From Takakia lepidozioides (Eukaryota; Plantae; Bryophyta): a stretch of 64,000 nucleotides of DNA. The stretch covers positions 48,608,001 through 48,672,000 of the forward strand of contig CM060733.1 in assembly GCA_030704615.1 (NCBI GenBank), read 5' to 3'. The translations under genes and the position numbers were made by a program. The first letter of the stretch is position 1. The number at the start of each line of letters is the position of its first letter. Below are positions 24,124-37,300 of the stretch, one piece after another. The notes beneath the pieces are model-generated. The model saw nothing but the letters and a program-made list of their open reading frames with translations, did not search any database and was not told the origin of the DNA.

Positions 24124-26761
24124 TCATGGTGGTGGTGGATAGGTTTAGTAAAATGGGCCATTTCATCCCCACCAAGGAGACGACAACGCGCAAGAGACGG
24201 GGCGACTTTACTTCGTCCACGTCTTCAAGCATCATGGACTCCCGAAGGATAATGTCTCGGACCGCGATCCAAAGTTTACGAGTAAATTTTGGAGGGCACT
24301 TTGGAAGAAGATGGGGACGAGGCTCAAGATGAGCACCGCCTTCCGACCTACGACGAGGGTGAATTCCGTGGTGAAGCAGATCTTGCGGAATTACGTGTCG
24401 GCAGATCAATCGGACTTGGTGGAGCATTTGGATGCGGCAGAGTTCTGTTATAATAACACAAAACACTCCGCAACGGGAGTTTCCCCTTTCGTATTGGTCT
24501 ATGGAAAAGCACCTCTGGTGCCGACAAGTTGGGCCGCCCAAGACGTTGAGGAACTGGCAGCAGCAGCGGTGCTGGAAGAACGCGAGCGTTTGTTGAAGCT
24601 CGCAAAGTACAACATTGCCAAAGCTAGGAAACAGTATGAACAGCAGACGAATCGGAAGCGGAGGGAAGTTAAGTTTGAGGCAGGCACGGAGGTCTGGTTG
24701 AACATCAAGAATTTCCGACTACCTCCGGAAGTGAGTCCGAAGTTCGTATCTCCGTATGCGGGATCCTTTCGCATCCGGAAAGTTATGAATGAGGATGTGT
24801 ATGAATTGGAACTGCCGGCAAACAGCAAGGTGCATCCGGTATTCCACGTCTCCCTTTTGAAGCCTTACTTCAAAGATGAAGCGCGTCCGAATCGGCATCA
24901 AGTGTTGCGTCCGCCACCTGTGCTTTTGGATCATGAAAATGAACCTGAGTACGAGGTGGAGGCAGTGCTTAAGTCGAGGAGGTTCAAGAATCGAGAAACG
25001 GAGTATCTCGTGAAATGGAAGGGCTATCATCATGTGGAGGCATCTTGGGTGCGTGCCTCAGAAATGGGAAACGCATCCGAGGCGGTTGCAGCTTTCGAAG
25101 GGCGACCTCAAAAGCGGAAGAAACGTTGATGGGGACATCAACCTTGGATCGTGGGGGAGGAAATGCATGCTTAGTCCGGCTTAGCTAACTCAGGAATCCG
25201 ATTGCAAAAACTTGTATTGTACAAATTTTGTTATAAATGAAATGGTTTCCAAATGTTGTGCGTCCTATTTTGTTTGGAATGGTGATGCATGGTATGGTTG
25301 GCTAGTGTGTAGAATGCATGTTAGCTTACAAAAGTGGGAGAGGTAAATTGGATTAATCGTGTGTTTGCGTAGTGCCGAAATCGGGTGACTCCCATCCAAG
25401 GGGCAAGGAAACTTGTGCCTTCCTTGGGAGTTCACGTGCTAGTGCGCACCTGACGCGTGTGCATACTATAACTGCGCTACCGAGGGGGTTGCCTTGTAGT
25501 GCGGGCTAACGCAGAAGCTACGTGCTTCCGTTCACGTACTATAATCGTGTAGCCTCGGGACGAAATCGTAGTGCGGCTTCGGCATGTTCCCGTACCTCAA
25601 GCCAACATTCCAAGGCGGACCCAATTGTAGTGATTGGGGCGCATGGTTAGTCCAAGGTTATCTTCCTAGTAAAAAAGGGTTCAAGGTGAACCCTTACTTA
25701 AGGTGATGCCAAAAGTGACATCATGAGCGGTCGCAAGTAATGTTGTTGCAGTAAGGCGATTCAATCCTTGGGGAGGATCGTTCCTTGACCTTGAAGTAGG
25801 CCAAGAAGAGTGCACTGGGAGGAGCTTGAGAGGCTCCACCCTTGGCCGGGACTTGGAGGAAGTCGGCCGAACTAGCTAGTGGAGAGTAGAGTCAAGTGTG
25901 GGGTTTGGTTCTTTGCCATGGGACGCCATGGTACGGAAACAAACTCCTTGATGTGGGACGCCACAACTTGGATGTTCGTTTCTACAAAATGGACAAGTCG
26001 ATGAGGACATCGACTCCCTGTTGGTAAGGGTGTGTGTCGCGGCCCTTTGCCTTGAGGGCAGGGGGGTCGGGACGCAGGAGGGGCTGCCCCTGTGGTGGGG
26101 GCAGTGGCAGCAATAGGTACGGGGGGCTGAAGCACCCTTGAGTGCCCAAGGCACTCAAGGAGGTGGAGGCGCTCACTAGGTGGAGCCCCGCACACCGGGT
26201 TGCGGTGGGGGTGGCTCCACAAGGGGTGGAGGTAGCTTAGTGGGACTTAGTGGGGGTGGCATAGGACTCACCATGGGCCGGAGACCTTGTGGTGGGAGTC
26301 GTGGGGAGTCTTGGGACTCACCACGGTCCAATGGGGCCGTGGTGGGTGGGCCAAGACTCACCGCGACTCATCACTGGGAATCGAGGGTCTTCGTGGTGGT
26401 TCGCCATAAATGGCATGGTTGTTTGTGAAACCCCCGCGGACAGTCACAGAAGTATATATAGGGAGTAGTAACCCCGAGAATGGTGCAAGCCCGTTGGTGA
26501 CCAAAAAACTAGTGAGTAAGCGAGTGAGCCGGAAAGCGACCAAGGAGTGGGGAGCTATTCCGGACTGCCATCTACCAAAGGGAATTTCCACTAGGTCCAA
26601 ATTGGTGGAGGGTCTGGTGGAAGAGTAAAGGGGGACCGTTATGTCCCGGTGAGCAGCCGAAGCTTCAAGTTGGCCCGGCGGCCAGGTTGGGAGTTAGGCA
26701 CGTGCATCAAAGCGAGTAACTATGACTTGAAGGGGAGCTTTCCGAAGTGAGATGCGCGACA
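24124..26761 (+). mobile_element. 3' part of chromoviral Gypsy family B: integrase-chromodomain, 3' UTR, 3' LTR (26035-26761)
   Basis: Near-identical to 46047-48693; HPVFHVSLLK and chromodomain EYEVEAVL...YLVKWKGY...SW; LTR TGTCGCGG...GCGCGACA. Confidence 0.95.
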
Positions 26762-26804
26762 ACACCTCTTCCGCACCATGCCGGAAATGTTCGTCACTTG
26801 AAGG

Positions 26805-27808
26805 CACAAACACAAATGTGTACTGCAAGGTGTTTTATACTGCCGATGTTCATGTAGCTGAATTCTTTAGGAATCATTTTGCTACTCCCATGCCAACAAC
26901 ATCAGGTCCACTGGGACTGCCATATTCCGAATTCCGTATCAGCCACCACGGATATAAAACCAGGAATTTCGCACAAAATCTCCAATTCATTCAATTTATG
27001 GTGCGCCATGGCTGCAGCCTACAAGCTGGCCGGGATGGCTGATACGTTCGCTTGAACATGACAGTCTCAAATGACCTGATGTTGTTGGCATAAGAATAAC
27101 AAAAAGAGTACTACAGAATTCAGCTAGAGGAACAATAATAGCATGAAACACCTTACCGTAAATATGATTGTTGACATTGGTTGTGATAGCTCCAATCAAT
27201 AAAGAACTCGCACCATCAGTTGCGCTCCTGCAGCAGCACCGGTCCCCCGAATAAATAAAGTTCCGTTGTAAATAATAAATTGCATACGCTCGAACCTCAC
27301 AGATGTTATGTTCATTGTCAATAAAACCGGCCGTGTATTGTGTCACTGTTTGTAATTTCGAATGTTTCAATGTTTCTAACAGAGTACTGAGAAAATGATA
27401 TATCGGTTCCGTACGAGTTAGACAACAAACGTTCCATATCTCATTCAAATGTCGACACTACCATTAGTGGCATGGATACAAAACTAATAGGTGTACATGC
27501 GACCTCCGGACGTTCAAGTAGACCATTCGCTGGACCTAGTATCAAACGTTCGGACTTCGGAGGCCGCATGTGCCCCTATTAGTTTCCGATCCATGCCTCT
27601 CATGGTAGTGTCGCACATCCGACTGAGATGTGAGACGTTTGTTATTTAACTCCTACGGAACTAATACATCGTTTTCTCAGAACCCTAGCGAAAATGTTGG
27701 AACATTACAAATATAAACAGTGAGACAATACACAAACCATTTATGTTGCGATGACAGGTGTCAGGATCGAGCATATGCAATGTAGTATTTACAATGGGAC
27801 TATTTATT
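26805..27808. repeat. Two adjacent long hairpins (~26805-27180 and 27250-27808)
   Basis: The first is an inverted paralogue of the 9600-10110 hairpin. The second has ~265-bp arms and a ~30-bp loop, e.g. GCATACGCTCGAACCTCAC versus reverse-complemented GCATATGCTCGATCCTGAC. Confidence 0.85.
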
Positions 27809-29639
27809 ACATGCACGATCAAAATTGAGTTCTGTCTTCATAAAAGAACCATTGTATCGCCACAAATCTCATATCTACGAAACTATGGTCTACTCCGTCC
27901 TATATACGTCTTTCGGCTCAGGCCAATTGAATGGCTTGCCCATAAACCGAAGTACTTCATGGGCTAATGTAACTCTCTCATTCTTGTTGTTGTCGTACAA
28001 CCTTTGTAGCATTGAATGCCAACAACCTCCCGTAAATTGGTCCTCGAACATACTTTCATTATAATGAGCACCACCATTTATTCGTACTGTTATCTTCCCA
28101 ACGACAAAGGCCTCCGACATCATGTCCTGGGGGGGAGGGGATGACATTCGCATTGAAAATCGATGCAAATATCTTTTTCCACCCACCATCTTTTCGCGAG
28201 TTCCCGGTCCAGCTTGTCTTGGTTTTCAAACTAGTACAGCGAGGTTTTGCGTATGCCCAATGGGGTGGCTAAGCCCCAATCACATACCCCAATCTTGATC
28301 TCCTCGGTGCCATCTGGAAAATGCAACAAGATGTTGTCAGGGGACAAGTCGTTGTGCAGGGCACCATTATTATGGATAGCATCCATGATGCACACCAGTG
28401 CCCATGCAAGTTTACTGCGCACTTTCCGGAAATGAAGCAAGCGATCGCATTCCTAATACTCTGCTTCCGTTCCCATTTGTTCCAAAATCACCCTGTTGTC
28501 CGAATCATTGCCTCATTTTATGTCAAGGTTCATCATGTCGCGTATTGTCCCCCCATTCCACCAGCAAGTGTAACACTCTACCTCACATGTGTCGCGCGGC
28601 TTTTACTCACCCATCCCTTCGCTATCCGAGGCGGAAACTCCAAGATAGAAGAGTTGGAAATCTCTAAGTACTCAGCCCGCGCAGAACAATCAGTCATGAC
28701 CTACAGCTAGTGTATCATGGGGGTGTTTCCTATTTGTTTCCTTTTCCGCATTCATCTTAGCTACCTTACCATTGATAATTAAGTATCAGTTTGCTTCATC
28801 AATTTATCGGTTTCCTTACTCCTCCATTCAATCCACAGCTTCACTCAGATCTCTCTACACAGTGTGATTGTATCGTATAAGTATCAGATTATGATTTATC
28901 AGGTATCAGGCCGAATCCATTATGTCTTTAATCTGCTCTACAATATCACTCTAGCTTTGCATATGACAAGCATCTACTAATCCTCTTTTCTCCTTCATCG
29001 TGCTCTCCGATCTCCGCTCCCGCCTGTCTCCGAAGTCCTCCCCGAATAATGATCCCCTTCCTATTCCCCGTTCTTCCCTTTATCCTCCTATCCGCGGTTC
29101 TAACCGTTTCCCTCTCTAACCGTCGTATGTGAACTAACATGTTCCCTTCACTGGTGTTGTTCCCCACAGTCGTTCCCTGTCCTACTCTTCGTTCCCTATT
29201 ATCGTGACAGCTGTGTCAAGCGGTGACTGGCTGTGTTTGGCTGTGTCGGGCTGTGACTGGCTGTGTGGCTGTGCCGGGCTGTGACTGGCTGTGTGGGCTG
29301 TGTCTGCTGTGACGACTGTGACGGGCTGTGTGGGCTGTGTGGGCTGTGACGACTGTGACGGCTGTGTGGGCTGTGACGACTGTGACGGGCTGTGTTGGCT
29401 GTGTGGGCTGTGACGACTGTGACGGGCTGTGTTGGCTGTGTGGGCTGTGACTGCTGTGTCGGCTGTGTGGGCTATGTAACCCCCCTCTACAGTGCGCTGC
29501 TGTCACCCCTAAGGTTCCTGTTTGTCTCAGTCTGTGCAAAAATTAAGGGTACCCTACAGATCCCGTATAAGTGTCTAAGTCCCCTACAGTCCTCTAACAT
29601 TACCCCTTCCCCCCTCAAAAAGCCGTGTCCTCACGGTTT

Positions 29640-30701
29640 TTACTGTTTCCGAGTAGCAACCCTTTGTGAGTGAGCACCTTGTTGACGTTGAGAGTTTCGT
29701 GGTGGGCTGTGTGTACGAGCCCGAGGTCTGTCTCTGGTTGATGGAGATGGTTGATCACTACCTGGATAAGTGAGGCCTTCTGGAGGTTGATATCGAGGTA
29801 ATCTTTCTGGCATAGGAGATCCCCTTTGTTTCTTCTCTTCCATCTGAATTGCATAGTCTTCTCCCATGTCAAAAGAATTTTGTGAAGAAACAGTTGTATC
29901 AGAATCCTCATCGCCTCTCAGGTGTTTTAATTTTCGAACTTTTTGTGGAATCATCTGGGGCATACAATGCTGTCCTACCATGTCTGGAAGTTTGCATTTT
30001 ACAACCTGGTGTAACCGTTGAACAGCAAAATTGGTGTAGACACTGAGCTCTTTGTCTGTCCAGATGAGTGGGGTACCAATTACTGGTGCCGCGTGCAAGT
30101 ATTTCCATGCGATATGTCCCTTATAGAAAATGTCATCAAGTCCGAATTTCTGTGTTGACAAATTGTTGCAGGCTGCTTGAAACCATGAACGAATTTGAGA
30201 ATCCTTTTGTATCATAACTTTTGGGTCATATAGGTACATATGAGGTGGCACCGAAGGTAATACCCAATGATCTCCACTGGAGTAACTTTGAAAGCGTGCT
30301 TGCATCTTTTGTTGCTCTATGTGGTAACGTATCAGGAAACAAGCAGCGTAGTATAGCCCGCACCCCATGACAATACTTGCTATCTCCTTGGTCTTGGTAT
30401 AAATGAGTCCATGTACAACCTGGAAAGCAACCAATTCCCTCAACATGGTACCTGCCTCGTGCCAGTATTGTGCAAAGTGATGATCTTCAATATGTCGATT
30501 GTTTGGAAGAACTTTAGTCCTGGTTGCCACTGGCAGCCAGATACGCATGATTTGGTAGTAATGTGCGAATGACTGCGGAGGACTAAATTCTTTCCAAGCC
30601 AAATCCAACATGATGGGAATTTGGTTGAAGGGCATAATCATAGCCCTACTGTACTCCCTGGCAGCTGGAGTTTTAGGTGGGTTAAAAGCTGCATTGCCCA
30701 T
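29640..30701 (-). CDS. Accessory 3' ORF of family C, unknown function
   Basis: 353-aa open frame just upstream of the PPT, with a basic Arg/Pro-rich C-terminus; may be fused to 30638-31972 by frameshift. Confidence 0.6.
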   Translation of the reverse strand: MGNAAFNPPKTPAAREYSRAMIMPFNQIPIMLDLAWKEFSPPQSFAHYYQIMRIWLPVATRTKVLPNNRHIEDHHFAQYWHEAGTMLRELVAFQVVHGLIYTKTKEIASIVMGCGLYYAACFLIRYHIEQQKMQARFQSYSSGDHWVLPSVPPHMYLYDPKVMIQKDSQIRSWFQAACNNLSTQKFGLDDIFYKGHIAWKYLHAAPVIGTPLIWTDKELSVYTNFAVQRLHQVVKCKLPDMVGQHCMPQMIPQKVRKLKHLRGDEDSDTTVSSQNSFDMGEDYAIQMEEKKQRGSPMPERLPRYQPPEGLTYPGSDQPSPSTRDRPRARTHSPPRNSQRQQGAHSQRVATRKQ

Positions 30702-31972
30702 ACCTCCGGCTGTGGTGGCTGTGGTGTGGTTGTAGTAACCACAGGTTCAGCTACTGGTACACTGACCTGTTGTGGTGGTGGTGGTATTGGTTCCTGTACC
30801 ATTGGCATCTCCTGCACCTCCTGTGAAGACTGAAAAGCCAGAGTTCTGGCTTGCAAATAAGAAGCCATTAGCTGTTCCTGAGGGATATAGACTCTTTGGT
30901 CGATGTTTGAAGTGAGGTCTTCCACTTGAGTCTGGAGTCCGTCTACATCCTCTTGTAACTCTGCTATCCTACTATAGACATTGTCTATAGTAGTTGTGGC
31001 AATGTTCTGCACCTGCAGTCTGAGCTCATTCATCTCGCTTTGGGTGAGCTTCCGTGGGCTTTTGCCCTCTACTGGCCCTTGTGCTAACCAGACCTGCATA
31101 AGGCTGTTATCCACCAAGCTGCTTGTGGTTCCCCTGAGAGTTTGCTCCTCTCTTAGCTTATACAATTCCAACTGCTGTTGTAAAGCCTTCATGCGCTTCG
31201 CCTGTGGCTCAACCAATTGCGCATAGGCAGCAAGTAGATTATTGGCTTCTTTCGAAGCCTTGTTACTGACCGCGATTTCATTTCTATTGGCCACGATGGT
31301 TTGTTGCAACTCCACGATGTATTTCTCATTCTCAGCTTCCATCTGCCTGTATTGCTTGAAAGTATCTTCATTGCGACAGATTGTATTCTTCATATCGACA
31401 ATGAGTTTCATGTGCTCCACATTCTCTTCTTCTGCCTTCGTACATTTTTCCGCTTGACTGTTTATTTCTTTTGTTGATTGGTCAAGCATAGTTGTAAATG
31501 TAGCGCATTGTATCTCCATCCTGTTATGCACTGTCTGCAACTCCGTATGTAGTGCATTCAGTTCTTGCAACTTGCTTTCATGCTGCACCTGCATTTGGTA
31601 TAGCTGTTGCTTATGTGCTTCGTGCAACTGGTCTTGCGCAAGGCCTGCCTCAATCAATTGTTGCTTGGCCAATTGCAAAGCCATTTCTGTATTGGCCAAG
31701 TCCTGCTTCATCTTGAGAGTGACCTCTTCATCGACCTTGTTTGAACACTCAGTGGCAAGTCGAGCCTCAAACTCCTTCCTGAGTTCTTCTTTCAAGGCTG
31801 TCAATTGGGTAATTGGAACATGGGTTTTGACATAAGTCCCCAACAAATTAAGTGTCCTGCCTATGGAATTCATCAGCATTGCCTGTTGAGGGTCATCATG
31901 GTGAGGTTGCTGCTGTTCCTCCCGATCTTCAACAGTATGATGTCTCACTAACCATTCAGACCATTGTCCCAC
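30638..31972 (-). CDS. Accessory coiled-coil ORF of family C (env-position ORF)
   Basis: 444-aa Q/E/L/K-rich heptad-like protein in sense orientation downstream of integrase. Confidence 0.7.
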   Translation of the reverse strand: MGQWSEWLVRHHTVEDREEQQQPHHDDPQQAMLMNSIGRTLNLLGTYVKTHVPITQLTALKEELRKEFEARLATECSNKVDEEVTLKMKQDLANTEMALQLAKQQLIEAGLAQDQLHEAHKQQLYQMQVQHESKLQELNALHTELQTVHNRMEIQCATFTTMLDQSTKEINSQAEKCTKAEEENVEHMKLIVDMKNTICRNEDTFKQYRQMEAENEKYIVELQQTIVANRNEIAVSNKASKEANNLLAAYAQLVEPQAKRMKALQQQLELYKLREEQTLRGTTSSLVDNSLMQVWLAQGPVEGKSPRKLTQSEMNELRLQVQNIATTTIDNVYSRIAELQEDVDGLQTQVEDLTSNIDQRVYIPQEQLMASYLQARTLAFQSSQEVQEMPMVQEPIPPPPQQVSVPVAEPVVTTTTPQPPQPEVWAMQLLTHLKLQLPGSTVGL

Positions 31973-31974
31973 CG

Positions 31975-33125
31975 GATTTTCTTCCTGAACTACTTCATTT
32001 ATGACCGGTGCTACAGTGTCATGGCCTTCCGCCTGTGGTACCTCGACACAGGTGTGTGCATTATATGTACCTCAGGATTTTCTCTTGGGCAACTGTTGCA
32101 CCTCTGGGATTTCTGTCTGCTTGACCAGACCAGAATATTCATAGAGAAGGTCCCCTTTTCTCTATTTCCGCCACTATCTGTTCTGTAGTTGGAATATCTA
32201 TCCCTTCACTTTCCAAATCTATTATTTCGGGAGCTGCATGGATAACTTGTGACCTTGTGACAAGTCGTTCAAGTGGCTGTGTTGGTTGTGATGCAGAAGT
32301 AACTTCTTCCTCCCTCTCTGAAGGTCCTGCTTCCAGTAATAACATTCTTTTTGTGCTGCTGTGCCCCTTCCTGGTCATGAGCTTGGGAAACATTATCATG
32401 CGGAATCCGTGAAGCCAGTGGATCCGCCACTACAGTCTTTCCCCTTCTCTGCCTCTTAGTCTCGGGTTGTGCTGCTAGTCCACCCTCACTGTGTGAAGAG
32501 CCTTGCTCTTCCATTGCAGTTGTTTCTGGCTCAAACACTCCCATTTCCTTCCTTTCTTGTGCATTAAGTATGCCAGAACTAAGGATTATTTGAGCAATGA
32601 TTGGGCCAGACACTATGATAGGAGATTTTTGCGGTAGTACCTTGTAATCTTTTCATCTCCTCTACCAGTGCGTTGTACATTATGTCCGCCCATGGTACCT
32701 CTTGTCCCTTCAAGCCTTTGAGGATTTCCTCTGTGAAGGATCTGCTCAAATATTGTTGGTTCTGTTTCAGGGCAATCAGAACGTTCAATACTTGGCCTAT
32801 GTCTTTTAACCCTGGGTACACAGCTTTGGTACAAGCATAACCCTGAGTTTTAAAGAAACTCCCTTCTTGGAATAAATCCCCTATTTGCAGTCTTTCCTCT
32901 GTGTTCCTCCACATACACATGACCTTCTGGCAATCGAAACAATTGCTGGAGGTATAGGGGAGTAATCATTAATTCAACTCCCTTCACCGTTGTTGTTCCT
33001 GTCTTTGGCTCAAAGTTCTGCAAAAATTGTAACATGTACTGTCTATGGTGTAGTGTCCAATCCATGCTTTGCAATCCTTCCAATCTCAGCTCCTTCAGTA
33101 TCTTTATCGCCTGTGGGGTAGCCAT
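31975..33125 (-). pseudogene. Athila-type accessory ORF, frameshifted
   Basis: MLQFLQNF...TVKGVELMITPLYLQQLFRLPEG and VPWADIMYNAL resemble the conserved Athila/Tat extra-ORF pattern; spread over ORFs 32850-33125, 32579-32920, 32269-32613 and 32139-32399. Confidence 0.5.
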
Positions 33126-34316
33126 CGTTTGTTTCTGCAGAATTGGGTGCTCTTCACCCTGATTTCCTCCATTCCTCTCACTCTCTTCATCTTAGACTCA
33201 CAGAACTGCTTTGGCTGTAACAACTGCAGGAATGCCTGTAGTGCACAAAGCAGAAACGTATGGTTGCCGCAGAAAGCTATGGGTAATCTCTTGTAAGCCT
33301 GCGGGGCTTGCAAGCATTGTTCAAGAGAAAAGCTCTGCTCTTTCGTTTCGTGTCTCTGCCATTGCGTAAGTAATATTGCGAGCGTATAGTCTGTTAGTTC
33401 CTCCATAGTTTCCAAGTTATAGCATTTATGGCCTGTCCTGTCGAGACGCCCGTTACTCAGAACGACGCCGCCTCTTGCGCTTAATTTCCCTCCATTTTCT
33501 TGATCATTTCTCTGGTTTTCTATTGGCTGTATCCGCTGTGACTGGATTTTAACTTTTATCTTCTTTAGTGGACTTTCCCTGTTGGATAGTCCACTAGGAT
33601 CACACATGCGACATGAATTCAGTTTTTCTGTACTTGCCGTTCGTTCTGTTTCCCTTTTTCCGTATTCATTAATGGGCCCGCCTTTCATCCCTTTTGACGG
33701 CCGTTCTTGTCCTCTTTCTTTTTGACACCTGTCCTTGCACTTCATTCTCTGCTGTGTGTCGCACCCTGACCTCCACGTGTCTATTTTTAAATTAATTTCC
33801 GTTTCTTCTTCCTTCAGCCATTTTCCTGAAGTTTTTATGTGTCCACTTGTCACTGATTCTATGGATCGTGTAACTTTAGTAGGCTGTGTTGAGCTGTGAC
33901 AGGCTGTGTCATACTGTGTTACGCTGTGATAGGCTGTGTTGCACTGTGGTAAGCTGTGATAGGCTGTGACACGCTGCGGTAGGTTGTGATAGGCTGTGTC
34001 ACGTCGACGGGCTGTGATAGGCTGTGTCACGCCTCCTTGCTGGGCTGTGATAGCTGTGTCACATGACGCCATAGGCTGTGTCAATGGGCTGTGATAAATA
34101 TAGGCTGTGTCACGCTGTGATAGGCTGTTCCAATTCCCCCCACCCCGGTCATATATACTGGGCCTAGCGACAAGTGTTCCATACTCCGTTCGTAACACTG
34201 GTGCAGCCCGTGACTGCTCTTGCGGTTCAACATGCAAATCATGCTGCAGGGGTTTGTCATGGATACCACTGTACCCCTTCAACTTATTTGCATTGACTCT
34301 TCCCAGCATTTCTTTG

Positions 34317-37300
34317 TTAATGGTTTGTAACATGGCTGTGTTTGTTATCATACATCTTTTGTATGACATAAGGTCCTTTCCATGGTGATTTAAGCTTAGA
34401 AGCTTGAATCTTTCCTTTCTTCTGCAACCATAGAACCAAATCCCCCGTCTTAAAAGTCTTTTTGCCTTCATCAAACTGTTCCTTTCGCTTCATCTGAATT
34501 CTGGTCATATTATCAGCTGCATCAGCACGTACTTCTTCCACATGGTATAATTCATGTTTCCTGACCTTGATGGAGTCTTGCAATTCCATTCTTTTTCCCC
34601 ACTCCGTTCTCATGGTAGGTAACAGGAATTCCACTGGAAGTAAGGCTTCCATACCATAAACTAATTGGAATGGTGTATACTTAGTGGTGACTTTATATGA
34701 AGTCCTGTATGACCACAAAGCTGTCAGCAGCTTTGTATCCCAATCCGTTCTGTTTGCATTGACTATCTTAGCCAAGATAGTACATAGTATTTTTGTGGGT
34801 AGCCTCTGCCTGTCCATTACCCTGTGGGTAATATGTTGTACTCTTTCTATGCACAATCATAAACTCTTTAGTCAACTCAATGGTCTCATTCATGAAGTGA
34901 CTTCCTTGATCACTGATAAATCTAAGGGACATCCAAATCGTGTAAGTAGGTTCTCGTACAGGAACCTTGCTGTGGACTTGGCTGTGTTGTCTCCCTCAAA
35001 GCTTTAGCTTCCACCCACTTTGTAGTATAATCAGTGGCTGTAATTATGTACCTGTTTTGTGTATTCTTGGATGGTGGATTAATTGGTCCAACAAAGTCTA
35101 GTCCCCATTTCTGAAATGGTTCCGTAGGCATTGTAGGATGCAAGGCCATTCTTCCAGATCTCTGCAAAGGTCCTAGCCTCTGACATTCATCACACTTCTG
35201 ACAATACTCATGTACATCTTTGAACAAAGTAGGCCACCAGTATCCTGCGAGTAGTATCTTTCTACTGGTAGTCTCTTCTCCAAAATGACCTCCAGCCACT
35301 CCTTTATGAACTTCCTCCAAGACTTTATTTACTTCATGGTGGTACAAGCATCGTTTTAGTACTCCATCAGGTCCTAACTATACATTCTGCTTCCTACCAT
35401 AGTATAAGGTAAAGCTTGATAGCAATTCTCTTCCTCTGCTCCTTACCATAACTAGGTGGGCACTGACCATGACAAGGTAGTATCTGATTGGCCACTGCCA
35501 ATCTAACCATTCATCTGCACTTCCTTGCACCTCCATTACAAATAAACTCGCATCAGGTAACTTCCCCCTACTCCGTTCCTCTGTGACATTCAGCTGTCCA
35601 TGCAAACACTGCATCTTTCTTCAGAAGCTTGCTCAATGGTGCTGCTATTTGTGCATACCTTTTGACAAATCTTCTGTAATAACTGGTTTGCCCAAGGAAT
35701 CTCCTTAAACTCTTAACATTCACTGGTGGTGGAGAGGCTTTAATGGACTCTGTCTTCCTGGGATCCACAAGGAGTCCCTTCTTACACACAATGTCCCAGA
35801 AGCACCCCTGAGTTCACACAGAAAGTACACTTCTCTGGGTTCAAGCCCAGACCTCTCATCCTGCATCTGGCCAGGCATAACTCCAATTTATGCAAGTGCT
35901 CATTCTTAGAGCTGTACACACTGAAATCATCCAAAAACACCTGCATGAAATCATCCAGATACTCTTGAAAAGATTCACTTATCACTCTGAAAGGTCGCTG
36001 GTGCATTACAAAGTCCAAAGGGCATGACTTTGTATGCATAAGCCCCCCAGTCTGTGATGAAAGCTGTTTTCCCTTGGTCTTCTTCTGCCACTTGCACTTG
36101 ATTATAACCACTGAAGCCATCCATGAATGAGTACATCTCATGGCCTGCCACAGTGTCTAATACTGCTTCTGTGAATGGCAAAGGGAAAGGATCTTTCTTC
36201 GTACAAGCATTCAGCTTCTTATAGTTCACACATACTCTTAGTTTGCCATTCTTCTTGGGAACTATAACAATGGGTGACAACCAAGTTGTATACTCTATTG
36301 GGTATATAAACTTAGCCTCAGCCAACTTCTTTATCTCTTCTCCAACCTTCTGTGCGTAGTTGGGATTCATTCTATACCTCGCCTGCTTGATTGGTACTGA
36401 CCCTGGTTCCAGTTCAATTTATGCTGACAGACTTCAGGTGGTATCCCTTTTAGATCCTCATAGCTCCAAGCAAATACATCTCTGTATTTGATGAACAAGC
36501 TTTTAGCTTCTTCGAAGAATTCCGGCTCCAAATCAGCTCCTACTTTCACCATCCTCGGTTCCTCCTGAGTTCCCACATTTACTTCTCTCACCTGCTCATC
36601 AGCTGTGATTGTCCAACCAGTCACCACTTCATCCTGTAAGCTCACAGTGGCTGGTTCTTCTAGGATTTCTATTCTCCCTCCTTTTCTTCATAGAAATGTG
36701 ATGGGTAAATGCTGGTTTCCTCTTCAGTTGGTGTTGCTGTCACTACACCACAGCAGATACCTCTCAAACAACTTAGGCTTTCCAGCATCTCTGCAACCTG
36801 CTCCCATTCTGGGTGTGCAGCAAATAGGGTAGCTTCCTGCTCCTCATCCAGTCCTCCCCTCCAGTCATACTCTCTGACTCCTCGAGGTCTTCTTGTAGCA
36901 GGTAATCTACTAGATTTCTTTGTGGTAATTTGTATCTCGTGCATCCCATTATGCACAGTTAGTAACTGAGAATTCAGTCATGGAATACCCTGGCCTGTTT
37001 CAGCCACGGACGTCCCAATAATAAGGAGTAAGCCTCCATGACTTCATCCATTTTTAATACAGTTACTGTGATCATAAAGATCATTTTCTGTATCTGTATC
37101 TTAACTCCTCTTATTAATCCAATGGGCTGTACACTTCTTTGATCTGCCATTGTTACTGTAAATGGGGCTGGTTTCATGTTACTTAGACCAAGCTTCTTCC
37201 TTAATTGGTCTGTCATGATATTTACTCCAGAACCACCATCTATCAGTACATCAGTTAGTTCTGTGCTTCCAATTCTCAATTGGATTACTGGCATAGAATC

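Noticed and set aside
25872-26628. Pro/Gly-rich ORFs in family B LTRs (also at 41.8-42.3, 47.8-48.5 and 49.7-50.6 kb)
   Set aside because: GC-rich LTR sequence, with frames not conserved between copies.
33104-34474. 456-aa ORF
   Set aside because: It runs through the integrase tail out of frame and through minisatellite DNA; probably incidental.
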